From: a virus
Lineage: Duplodnaviria; Caudoviricetes
IMG/VR virus record: IMGVR_UViG_3300037721_000049
Coordinates: 1 to 47,950 of that record
Reading direction: 5' to 3' (one strand)
DNA length: 47,950 nt
Part shown: positions 27,443 through 35,672 of the stretch, piece after piece
Layout of the letters: every line of letters begins with the position of its first letter
Position numbering within the stretch: the stretch's first letter is position 1
Program-made: the position numbers and the translations under genes
The notes under the pieces: generated by a model
What the model was told of the DNA's origin: nothing
The model's input: only the letters and a program-made list of their open reading frames with translations
Databases searched by the model: none

Positions 27443-28335
27443 AGATCCTCGTTGATCAAGGCGACGGCTCGGGAGCGCTCCTCGCCCTCGAGCTCGAGCC
27501 CAGCGAGATCCTCGTCGTCGCGCTCTTGCAGATAGGTTGGTAGCTCAAAAAAAACCTCGTTCTCCGCGCGCCCGAGCCATCGATCCGACCGCTCGCACTC
27601 GATGAGCCGCGAGAGGCATGCCCGGTACTCCTCGCGCCCGTATTCGATGACCTCGTCGGGAATGACAAAAACGATAACGTCGTGCGGCGGCGATGCCTCG
27701 ACGCAAATCTCGACCATGCGCGGCGCGTTGCCGGTGATCGTCGAGTATCCGTCAAAGTAAAACGCCCATTGCAGGGGGTATCCCAGCGTCGCGGCTTGCG
27801 AGGCGAACCTTCGCGGGTCGAGGTCCCGCGCCGATTTCAATCCGACGATGCAATCGACCGCGTCGACGTAGGTGATCCAATCGACGCGCCCCTTGCACGG
27901 GTGACCGGTCGCGGCGTCGGTCCAAAGCATCGACATCTCGGGCTTGCCGCCCATGAGGTACTTTTTGGCAACCCGCTTGGCGCGCACCGCATCGCGAACG
28001 TTGAGCGCATGGCGATGGTCGTCGGGCTTGAGGATCGTCTTGCCCTTGTTCGCCTCGCAGAACGCATCCCAATCTTTTCCGTTGCGCGGGCGGAGCCGAC
28101 CCGATTCGGTCAATTGATCCCATAGAACGAAATCGGTTTCGAATCGCTCGGGCTCAAGCACCGCCGCATGCGCGGCGCGACCGAGGGCGAGCGCGGGCGT
28201 CTCTTTCTGATGGGCGAGGCGATAGCGGTAATGGAGCGGCGAGCGCGTCATCTCCTTGAGCGCCGAGATATTCGCCGCCGGAATGTCGGTGTAGAATTCG
28301 AACGAGAGCCCCGGATGTAGTCCCCCCCCGAGCAT
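27439..28335 (-). CDS. RecE/Exonuclease VIII-like PD-(D/E)XK protein (DUF3799-type)
   Basis: SALKEMTRSPLHY, GRAAHAAVLEP, CKGRVDW, YPLQWAFY; GGAGGGG RBS. Confidence 0.75.
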   Translation of the reverse strand: MLGGGLHPGLSFEFYTDIPAANISALKEMTRSPLHYRYRLAHQKETPALALGRAAHAAVLEPERFETDFVLWDQLTESGRLRPRNGKDWDAFCEANKGKTILKPDDHRHALNVRDAVRAKRVAKKYLMGGKPEMSMLWTDAATGHPCKGRVDWITYVDAVDCIVGLKSARDLDPRRFASQAATLGYPLQWAFYFDGYSTITGNAPRMVEICVEASPPHDVIVFVIPDEVIEYGREEYRACLSRLIECERSDRWLGRAENEVFFELPTYLQERDDEDLAGLELEGEERSRAVALINEDL

Positions 28336-28339
28336 GGGA

Positions 28340-28705
28340 TCACCCCTCCTCGGTCGGACGGTAACAACCCTCGACGCAAGCCGCGTTGCGCCGCGGTCCG
28401 ACCTTGGGATCGGCGAAAGCGGTGTCGACGGGGGGCGGCGTGCGTACGGCTTCGAGCGCGCGGATCGCGAAGTGGGGGCGGCGGAGGTCGACCCCCTTGC
28501 GTACGGCGGTGACGAGCTCGTCGGCGTCGCGCGAGCGAAAGAAAAACTCGGGCGTCGCGCGACCGGAGGAGATGGTGCAAGCCCATTCGACAGCGACCGA
28601 ACCATCCTCGCTCCGAAACGAATTCGTCGTCACCATGAACGACGTGAGGCGCGTACCCGAAATGATGCGGTCGATCTGCTCATGAACGTCGGCATGTGTG
28701 ATCAT
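28340..28705 (-). CDS. Hypothetical protein
   Basis: GGGAGG RBS; ATGA overlap. Confidence 0.5.
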   Translation of the reverse strand: MITHADVHEQIDRIISGTRLTSFMVTTNSFRSEDGSVAVEWACTISSGRATPEFFFRSRDADELVTAVRKGVDLRRPHFAIRALEAVRTPPPVDTAFADPKVGPRRNAACVEGCYRPTEEG

Positions 28706-29010
28706 CGTCGCCTCCCTTTCTTTGCCCGTTTCTGTCGTCGCCCCGCGTCGGCATAGTCGGCGGCGCGTTGTTGCCATTGCCTCGCCTCGCCTGGTCTGTT
28801 GCGCGCGAAAAACACGTCGGCGATCCGGAGGCACGCATCCGCGGCGGCGACGTAGTCTTTCGCGCTGGTCGCGGTCTCGAGCGCCTCGGTGAGGTGGGCA
28901 TGCACCGCGAGGATCGCTTTGCGCTCGGCGTCGAGTTTCTCGGCGAGCGTGTCGATCGCGTCGTAGAGCGGCGCCCTCTGCGCGACGTCTTTATCGTCGA
29001 TCGCCATCAT
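28702..29010 (-). CDS. Hypothetical protein, first gene of the leftward operon
   Basis: ATG 29010 just downstream of the TTGACA motif; start uncertain. Confidence 0.45.
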   Translation of the reverse strand: MMAIDDKDVAQRAPLYDAIDTLAEKLDAERKAILAVHAHLTEALETATSAKDYVAAADACLRIADVFFARNRPGEARQWQQRAADYADAGRRQKRAKKGRRR

Positions 29011-29021
29011 GCGACCGACGG

Positions 29022-29063
29022 TAATCCTATCCGTCACACGTTGTCAAGTGCCAACACGTTGGC
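29022..29063 (-). promoter_or_regulatory. PL-like promoter/operator
   Basis: Minus strand GTTGGCAC-TTGACA-ACGTGTGAC-N6-GATTA; GCCAAC-AC-GTTGGC palindrome at 29050-29063. Confidence 0.6.
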
Positions 29064-29095
29064 TTTCGCCAGCGAGTGTTTTTTTGCCAACGATC

Positions 29096-29590
29096 CTAGG
29101 TCCGTCCTCCGACGACGAGCCAAAGACCGGATTGGTCGACGAGCTCGGCGCGCATGCGGCAATGATCTGCAGCGTACGCTTGCGAAATGTAGGGTTGGCG
29201 ATTGAGGATCGTGACGAGACCGACGCGGGACGGAAACGCGAGAAACCCGGCGGTCAAGATCGCGTCTTCGCGGTCGGGCGCAATCGTGAGACCGATGCCG
29301 AGAAACATATTGTCACCCCGATCGCGCATGTCGGCATCGTCGCGGTAATGGATCACGCGTCGCTCGCGATCGACCCAGCACCGAGGGAGGGTGTCGGGAT
29401 CGCGCCCGTAGATTTGATCGGCGACGAAAGAAAACGACAACGCCATTCCGAGATCCAAGGGTCGCGGATAGGGACCGATTTTCGCGGCGCGGAGCGTTGC
29501 GCTCGCGTCGCGTGCTATCCGCTGCCCCACCCCGTACGGACGCTTCAGGTTCAGGCAAGCGGCGATTTCGTCGCGGCTTGCAACCAACAT
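29096..29590 (-). CDS. Hypothetical protein downstream of the repressor
   Basis: 164 aa ORF; no HEXXH motif seen. Confidence 0.4.
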   Translation of the reverse strand: MLVASRDEIAACLNLKRPYGVGQRIARDASATLRAAKIGPYPRPLDLGMALSFSFVADQIYGRDPDTLPRCWVDRERRVIHYRDDADMRDRGDNMFLGIGLTIAPDREDAILTAGFLAFPSRVGLVTILNRQPYISQAYAADHCRMRAELVDQSGLWLVVGGRT

Positions 29591-29708
29591 GAGCTTCGCA
29601 CCATCGTCCAGAATGCGGACGCAGGCAATGCGAAATCAGCAGTCGACCGGAAATAATTTCGCGGCGGGGATCGATTGCCGCACCGTCACCGTCGTAACCG
29701 CGAAGTGC

Positions 29709-30338
29709 TTATTTGCTCGCCGTTGGAAACACTTTCGAATCGATCCGTTTCGGGCGCCTCGCCGGCGGAGCATGCGAAACTGGGCGCGTGATCGCCGATT
29801 GGTGCGCCTCGATGTCGAGCGTGCGATGCGTGTACTCGCTCCGCTCCCATAGCGCGGAGGTCTCCCACGCAAAAATCGAAACCGCATAAGCGATCTCCGG
29901 GGTGATCGGGGCTTTCACTTCGCGCAACACTGGCAAGTCGGCACCGGCGAGGAGTACCGCGGCGCGCGGCGGCTCCGTCCATGTGCTCAGTATTTCGGCA
30001 ACGGCGCTCGCCCATCCGGGGAGCTCACCGTAACGTTTCATCTTGTCGCATGGTCGCGGCGGGATCGGCTCCGACGTTCGCGGAGTGTCCGGATGCGCGT
30101 CGTCGCCGCCGCCATGATCGAGCCAATCCTCCGATACGCGGAGCGCGGCGGCGAGCGCGCGAAACGTGTCGCGGCGCAGGTCGGTACGGTCGCCGGATAT
30201 CATCCGAGAGATCGTCCCTTGGGATAAATTGTGGAGTCTTTCTAGTTCTCGGTACGACGGAAGATCGCCGCGCTCGTTGCGAGGCAAACATCGATAGGCG
30301 TACCAAGATCGGGAGGGCAGGTCGGGTAGCAGCGGCAT
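29709..30338 (-). CDS. XRE-family HTH repressor (CI-like)
   Basis: SYRELERLHNLSQGTISRMISGDRTDLRRDTFRALAAALRVSEDWL; divergent from the Cro-like gene. Confidence 0.75.
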   Translation of the reverse strand: MPLLPDLPSRSWYAYRCLPRNERGDLPSYRELERLHNLSQGTISRMISGDRTDLRRDTFRALAAALRVSEDWLDHGGGDDAHPDTPRTSEPIPPRPCDKMKRYGELPGWASAVAEILSTWTEPPRAAVLLAGADLPVLREVKAPITPEIAYAVSIFAWETSALWERSEYTHRTLDIEAHQSAITRPVSHAPPARRPKRIDSKVFPTASK

Positions 30339-30412
30339 GTGTAGGTGCCTCCGATTGTAGGCATGTGCCAACATTGGGCAAGCGAGATCGACCGCCCCGC
30401 CCGTTGGCGAGC

Positions 30413-30446
30413 GTTGGCGCTTGACAACGTGTGACAAGGTCGATTA
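30413..30446 (+). promoter_or_regulatory. PR-like promoter/operator
   Basis: GTTGGCGC-TTGACA-ACGTGTGAC-N6-GATTA; 22/23 match to the reverse complement of 29033-29055. Confidence 0.6.
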
Positions 30447-30457
30447 ACAAGGAGGGC

Positions 30458-30697
30458 ATGGGGAAGGGAATGCAACGCGCGGTCGGACCGACGGTCGCAT
30501 CCGAGCGGCTCCGGTCGATCGTCGGCGGGCGCAAAAAGTCGAAGCTCGCGCGCGCCATCCGCGATCGGTTTCATCGGGATCAACTCTCGCGATGGTGCCG
30601 CGGCGAGCGTCGACCCGAGCTCGAGACCCTCATCGAATTGCGAAAGCTCGCACGAATCAAGCTCGACGCATGGGCGGAGAAAGTCTCGCCCGCCTGA
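30458..30697 (+). CDS. Cro-like HTH protein
   Basis: AAGGAGGG RBS; QLSRWCRGERRPEL. Confidence 0.7.
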   Translation: MGKGMQRAVGPTVASERLRSIVGGRKKSKLARAIRDRFHRDQLSRWCRGERRPELETLIELRKLARIKLDAWAEKVSPA

Positions 30698-30805
30698 TCC
30701 AAGCCGCTCGGCGGCAGTAGCTCCGAACCTTACTCAATTGGTCTTAGGCGACGCGCCGACGCGTGTCGTCATGCGCTCGGTTCCATTCTCGCGGAGGGGG
30801 GCAGC

Positions 30806-30907
30806 ATGATCGGTGTTTGCGCGGTGCTCGTCGTCGTCGTCGTCGCGATCTCCGATGAGCTCGCACACCGGGCGGCGATGCGGTGCGACCTATGGAGCCG
30901 GGAATGA
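30806..30907 (+). CDS. Small hydrophobic peptide (33 aa)
   Basis: Read by hand: GGAGGGG RBS; MIGVCAVLVVVVVAISD...; ATGA overlap with the next gene. Confidence 0.35.
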   Translation: MIGVCAVLVVVVVAISDELAHRAAMRCDLWSRE

Positions 30908-31467
30908 CGGAGCCGATCCCGATCACCGCCGGCGAGCTCGCATGGGTCGCGCGCGTTGCCGCCGAGCGCGATGCCGCCCGCGGGTACAACCGGAGCGCCG
31001 ACCATTGGAAACGCGGCTTGCTATGGCTCGGCGGCAACCCGACGACGATCGGTCTCATCGGCGAGCTCGCGGTGTGCGATTACCTCAACCGCAAAGCGCG
31101 GTGCAATCTGTCGCTCGACACCGAGCTACGCGCCCGCGGCGACGGCGATGTCGACTTGCGCGTCGAAGGGCTCCGCGTTCAAGTCAAGACGAAAGTCGGT
31201 GGCACGCGCAACCTCGTGCGGTGTTTCGACCCGCGGCGCGGCGAGCTCCCCCTTGAGAGCGACGTCTATGTTTTCGTCCGATGGTGCGAGCGTCGCGAGC
31301 TCGCGTGGATCAACGGATGCATCGGGCGGAAACGGATGCTCGAGGTCGGGCGTCGCGCTCGAGCGCGGCAAGCCGAGCATTGGAACATTGAGATTTCGCC
31401 CGACGCGCTCGCCCCCATTGGCGCGCTTTGCGATGTCATTGTGCGGCGGCGGAAGGGTGCGGCATGA
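30904..31467 (+). CDS. PD-(D/E)XK-like nuclease-fold protein
   Basis: GLIGELAV...GDGDVDL...VQVKT. Confidence 0.55.
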   Translation: MTEPIPITAGELAWVARVAAERDAARGYNRSADHWKRGLLWLGGNPTTIGLIGELAVCDYLNRKARCNLSLDTELRARGDGDVDLRVEGLRVQVKTKVGGTRNLVRCFDPRRGELPLESDVYVFVRWCERRELAWINGCIGRKRMLEVGRRARARQAEHWNIEISPDALAPIGALCDVIVRRRKGAA

Positions 31468-32378
31468 TCGCCCCGTGGCAGGTCCTCACCGGCGATTGCC
31501 GCGCCGTGCTCGCGACCTTGCCCGAGGCATCGGCGGCGTGTTGCGTGACGTCGCCGCCCTATTGGGGGCTCCGCGATTACGGGCACGCGGGGCAACTCGG
31601 GCTCGAGCCGACGCCCGACGAATACGTCGCGAGCATGGTCGAGGTGTTTCGCGGCGTGCGTCGCGTGCTCGCCGACGATGGGACGCTGTGGCTCAACCTC
31701 GGCGATAGCTATGCGGCGGGCGCAAGTCCTGGTCTCAAACCGAAAGACCTCGTCGGTATCCCTTGGCTCGTCGCGTTCGCGTTGCGCGCCGATGGCTGGT
31801 ATCTGCGCTCGGACATCATTTGGTCGAAGTTGAACATAATGCCCGAAAGCGTGATCGACCGACCGACGAAGGCGCATGAGTATGTGTTCTTGCTCGCGAA
31901 GAGCGAGCGGTATTTTTACGACGCCGACGCGATCCGCGAGCCGCACAAGGCGTCGTCACTCGCGCGCTATAAATACGGGCTGAAGGCAACGCAGGATCCG
32001 AACGCGATCAAGGGGTCGTTGCGCGCGAATACCGTTTCGGCGGGAGTAGGGAATTGCGATCGCATGGGCGATTTCATTAACGCCGCTGGACGCAACGCCA
32101 GATCGGTTTGGACGATCGCGTCGGAACCGTGCGCCGAAGCCCACTTCGCCACGTTCCCACAAGCCCTCGCGCGTCGGTGCATCCTCGCCGGCTCCCCCAA
32201 GGGCGGCACAGTGCTCGACCCATTCAACGGCGCGGGCACGACCGGCGTCGTCGCCGTCAAACACGAGCGGCGATACGTCGGCATCGAGCTCAACCCGGAA
32301 TATGTGGCGATGTCGAGCGCGCGACTCGAGCGCGAGTGCCCGCGCTTGCTTTGGGCGATGCAAGGCGGGGCGACATGA
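31464..32378 (+). CDS. DNA methyltransferase (N4-C/N6-A, beta order)
   Basis: VTSPPY, HEYVFLL, HFATFP, DPFNGAGTT. Confidence 0.9.
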   Translation: MIAPWQVLTGDCRAVLATLPEASAACCVTSPPYWGLRDYGHAGQLGLEPTPDEYVASMVEVFRGVRRVLADDGTLWLNLGDSYAAGASPGLKPKDLVGIPWLVAFALRADGWYLRSDIIWSKLNIMPESVIDRPTKAHEYVFLLAKSERYFYDADAIREPHKASSLARYKYGLKATQDPNAIKGSLRANTVSAGVGNCDRMGDFINAAGRNARSVWTIASEPCAEAHFATFPQALARRCILAGSPKGGTVLDPFNGAGTTGVVAVKHERRYVGIELNPEYVAMSSARLERECPRLLWAMQGGAT

Positions 32379-34312
32379 GCATCGCCGACGTTCTCGCGGG
32401 CTCCCAGCGATGGGCTATCGATGTCGGCGATTGCGTCGACGTCTTGCGCGCGCTCCCCGAGGCGTGCGTCGACGCGCTCGTTACGGATCCCCCCTGTGGA
32501 ATCTCGTTCATGGGGAAAAAATGGGACCATGACAAGGGCGGTCGCGATCATTGGGTCGCATGGATGACCGAGCGCATGCGCGAAGCTTTTCGCGTCATGA
32601 AACCGGGCGCGCATGGTCTCGTATGGGCGCTCCCTCGCACCGCGCATTGGACAGCGCTCGCGCTCGAGGATGCGGGGTTTGAGATTCGAGACAAGGTGTT
32701 TCATTCGTTTGGGGTCGGATTTCCCAAGTCGCTCGACGTAGGGAAAGCGATCGACAAGCTCGCCGGTGCCGAGCGAGAGATCATCGGGAGGCAAAGAAGG
32801 CTCAACAATGTAATGTCGAGCCGTCACACGTTAGGCGAATTCGACGGCAAAACGCTCGACGGTCGCGACGCGGAGAAAGCTCGCGCATATCAGGCGCGCG
32901 GCGGTTATGACGTCACCGCGCCCGCGACCGACGACGCGAAACGCTGGCAAGGATGGGGCACGGCGCTCAAGCCGGCGATCGAGGAATGGATCCTCATCCG
33001 CAAACCGTTCCGCGGCTCGGTCGCTCGCAACGTGCTCGAGCGCGGGACGGGCGCGCTCAACATCGACGGAACAAGAGTTAGCGCTTTCTCTCGCGATCAG
33101 TCACGCGCCTTGCAGCTATGCGGTCTGGATGCGCTAGCGAATAACGCCGCTGAGCAAGCCGCATATAGCATTGGCGGCATTGTCCCTTCGCGTGTAGACG
33201 ACCACGGTGACCACATTCGACACATACTATCGTCTTGGGCTGAATGTGGCTCGCTCTCAACTCGCCCGTTTTCCAGTGATGCGACGTGTGATCGCTGTTC
33301 GATGTTAGCCGTAGGTTTCCGGGGTTGTTGTCAAGCTTGTCACCGTTCTCGTGATGCACTACTTCGTCTGATCGAAGAGGTCTCCCGAGAACTGTCGCCA
33401 TTACAACCCGGTGTTCTCGACGGTAAATGCCGTCATCGCACAGAATGGTCACGTATCCACTCGAGTCTATGTACCGACCACCTCGCCAATTGGGATGCTT
33501 TTCTCGGGTTGCAGTCATACGACCAGTATGTTGATCGCGGCGGCTTATCGCAAGGGCGCTGGCCTAGCCATTTCCTGATCTCGCACGCTCCGGGTTGCGC
33601 GCGCGTCGGTACCAAGCGGGTCAAGGCGGCGCCCGTTTGGTACGACACCGAGCGCCCGCCGTCGCTATTCACCGGCGCGGAAACGTCGACGGTCCATCAT
33701 GCCGACGCCGACGGATTCGAGACGGTTGAGGATTGGCGATGCGTCGACGGATGCCCGGTCAAGGAGCTCGATCTGCAAAGTGGGATCACGCGCAACGGCG
33801 GACAGAATGCGACGAGTGATCGCGCGTCGACCTCGGTCGCGCATGGCGACTATGCCCATGGTGCGCCGACCCGATTTGCGGGCGACGAGGGGGGCGCGAG
33901 CCGATTCTTTACAACGTTCCCGCCATTCGCCTATTTCGCGAAAGCCTCGCGCGCCGATCGTGAGGGCGGTTGCGATTACATGCCGCGCAAATCGGGCGGC
34001 GAGCTCACCGGGCGCAAGGATGGATCCGCCGGATTGCAGTCTCCTCGCGCCGGTGCCGGTCGCGGCGGCGGGCGATCCAATATCCATCCGACGGCAAAGA
34101 ATACCGACCTCATGCGATGGCTCGTGCGGCTCGTCACCCCGCCGAATGGGCTCGTGCTCGACATGTTCGCGGGGAGCGGCTCGACGGGCGTCGCATGCTC
34201 GGCGGAGGGCGCGCGATTCATCGGCATCGAGGCGGATCCCGAGTACGTCGAGATTGCCCGCGCGCGGATCGTTGGGGATGCGCCGCTGTTCAACGTCGGG
34301 GGGATGCGATGA
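32375..34312 (+). CDS. DNA methyltransferase (beta order) with a large in-frame insertion
   Basis: VTDPPC, GFEIRD, GWGTALKP, NIHPTAK, DMFAGSGSTG; about 160 extra aa between LNIDGTRV and GRWP. Confidence 0.85.
   Translation: MSIADVLAGSQRWAIDVGDCVDVLRALPEACVDALVTDPPCGISFMGKKWDHDKGGRDHWVAWMTERMREAFRVMKPGAHGLVWALPRTAHWTALALEDAGFEIRDKVFHSFGVGFPKSLDVGKAIDKLAGAEREIIGRQRRLNNVMSSRHTLGEFDGKTLDGRDAEKARAYQARGGYDVTAPATDDAKRWQGWGTALKPAIEEWILIRKPFRGSVARNVLERGTGALNIDGTRVSAFSRDQSRALQLCGLDALANNAAEQAAYSIGGIVPSRVDDHGDHIRHILSSWAECGSLSTRPFSSDATCDRCSMLAVGFRGCCQACHRSRDALLRLIEEVSRELSPLQPGVLDGKCRHRTEWSRIHSSLCTDHLANWDAFLGLQSYDQYVDRGGLSQGRWPSHFLISHAPGCARVGTKRVKAAPVWYDTERPPSLFTGAETSTVHHADADGFETVEDWRCVDGCPVKELDLQSGITRNGGQNATSDRASTSVAHGDYAHGAPTRFAGDEGGASRFFTTFPPFAYFAKASRADREGGCDYMPRKSGGELTGRKDGSAGLQSPRAGAGRGGGRSNIHPTAKNTDLMRWLVRLVTPPNGLVLDMFAGSGSTGVACSAEGARFIGIEADPEYVEIARARIVGDAPLFNVGGMR
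33078..33518 (-). CDS. HNH homing endonuclease, antisense inside the methyltransferase
   Basis: HPNWRGG...GY, EHRVVM, VHHENGDKLDNNPGNL, C-terminal CVEC/CRQC. Confidence 0.8.
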   Translation of the reverse strand: MTATREKHPNWRGGRYIDSSGYVTILCDDGIYRREHRVVMATVLGRPLRSDEVVHHENGDKLDNNPGNLRLTSNSDHTSHHWKTGELRASHIQPKTIVCVECGHRGRLHAKGQCRQCYMRLAQRRYSLAHPDRIAARRVTDRERKR

Positions 34313-34833
34313 GCCGATTGCATGAGCCGGGAGAATGGCTTGAGGCGGAGGTTGCCCGATTGAGAGCAATGATCGAAAGGCAATTGAGTCGATGCGAGTC
34401 GCCCGTTGAGCAAACCATGATGCTCGCCTTGATCCGTCTCGATGGCGTCGAATGGTACATTCCCGCTCCCTCGTTCCGCGCCCGTCTACCGTTCGCGTCG
34501 CTCGACATGGGCGAGGAGATTGGCTGGCTCTATTGCCAGCGCGAGGCACTGCACTATCGGCTCGACTTCGCGATCGTCACGAACAGGCGGTCGATTGCAA
34601 TCGAGGTCGACGGGCATGACTTTCACGAGCGGACAAAGGAACAAGCCGCACACGACAAGTCTCGAGACCGCGCACTCGTCGCCGCCGGTTGGCAAGTCTT
34701 GCGATTCACCGGCTCGGAGGTATGGCGCGACGCTCACCGTTGCATCTCCGAGGTTCAAGAGTTGCTTTGGCAAGAGCCAAGCACGAGCCAAGCAAGTGCC
34801 AAGCTCGATGCTAGCCAAACGGTGCTCACATGA
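34309..34833 (+). CDS. DUF559/Vsr-like endonuclease
   Basis: CESPVE, YRLDFAI, IEVDGHDFHE, RDRAL...GWQVLRFTGSEV. Confidence 0.8.
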   Translation: MSRLHEPGEWLEAEVARLRAMIERQLSRCESPVEQTMMLALIRLDGVEWYIPAPSFRARLPFASLDMGEEIGWLYCQREALHYRLDFAIVTNRRSIAIEVDGHDFHERTKEQAAHDKSRDRALVAAGWQVLRFTGSEVWRDAHRCISEVQELLWQEPSTSQASAKLDASQTVLT

Positions 34834-35672
34834 CTTGGTTCAAGATCGACGACAAGAGCACTTTCCATAAGAAAATCGTGGATGCCGGTAACGAGGCATG
34901 GGGCGCGTTCTGTCGGGCGGGCGCATGGTCGTCGGAGCGATTGACCGACGGTCGCATCCCATGGCCTATCGCCAACACGATCGCCTCGCGTGCGGTTTGG
35001 GCGCGGGCGTTCAAGGCGGGACTCTGTGACCCGATCGACGACGGCGAATTTCAGTTGCACGACTATCTCCATTGGAATCCGAGCCGCGAAGAAGTGCTTA
35101 GACTTCGCACGCTTCGGTCGGAGTCGGGGCGAACGGGCGGCAAACGGCGCCAAGCAAAACGTGAGGCACCACCCAAGCCGGTGCTTAAGCAAGTGCCTAA
35201 GCCGACGCTAAGCAACGCTCAAGCAAATTTCAACCCCGATCCCGATCCCGATCCTAGAGACAGAGAGAGAGCACACACGCCGCGGGTCGACCCGGAGTTC
35301 GTTGCCATCCGCGACCGGATCCGTCGCTGGCCTATTTTCGCGTCGCTGAATGCCGACCGACTCGCCGACGAGCAAGTCGGCTGGATGGATTCGAAAGGGC
35401 AATCGCTCCCATGGGTCCTCACCGCCGTCGATGAGGCGGCAACGAAGATTGCCGACGGCGCGACCTATCAGGAAAAGCACTCCAAGCTTGTGAGTTTCAT
35501 GCACTCGGCGCGTCGCCCGCGAGAGGCACCGCCGCCGCGCAAACACGTCGAGAGCGACGAACCGTTGCCGACCGATGCCGAGCTCGAGGCAAATCGAAAA
35601 CGCATGAACGAGAAAGCCGCGGCATTGCGCGCCGAGCGTGAGCGTCGCGAGAAACTGGAGGGGCGCCAATGA
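34830..35672 (+). CDS. Putative replication initiator
   Basis: WFKIDD...HKKI N-terminus, HDYLHWNPS, DPDPDP linker; directly upstream of DnaB. Confidence 0.6.
   Translation: MTWFKIDDKSTFHKKIVDAGNEAWGAFCRAGAWSSERLTDGRIPWPIANTIASRAVWARAFKAGLCDPIDDGEFQLHDYLHWNPSREEVLRLRTLRSESGRTGGKRRQAKREAPPKPVLKQVPKPTLSNAQANFNPDPDPDPRDRERAHTPRVDPEFVAIRDRIRRWPIFASLNADRLADEQVGWMDSKGQSLPWVLTAVDEAATKIADGATYQEKHSKLVSFMHSARRPREAPPPRKHVESDEPLPTDAELEANRKRMNEKAAALRAERERREKLEGRQ

Noticed and set aside
29096-29590. ImmA/IrrE-type antirepressor protease
   Set aside because: The position fits, but there is no HEXXH motif.
33075-33550. Intein in the second methyltransferase
   Set aside because: No recognisable N-terminal splicing block and no His-Asn followed by Cys/Ser/Thr.
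35235-35275. CCCGAT and GA micro-repeats in the initiator gene as origin iterons
   Set aside because: Explained by the DPDPDP/RERER linker; too short to support an origin call.
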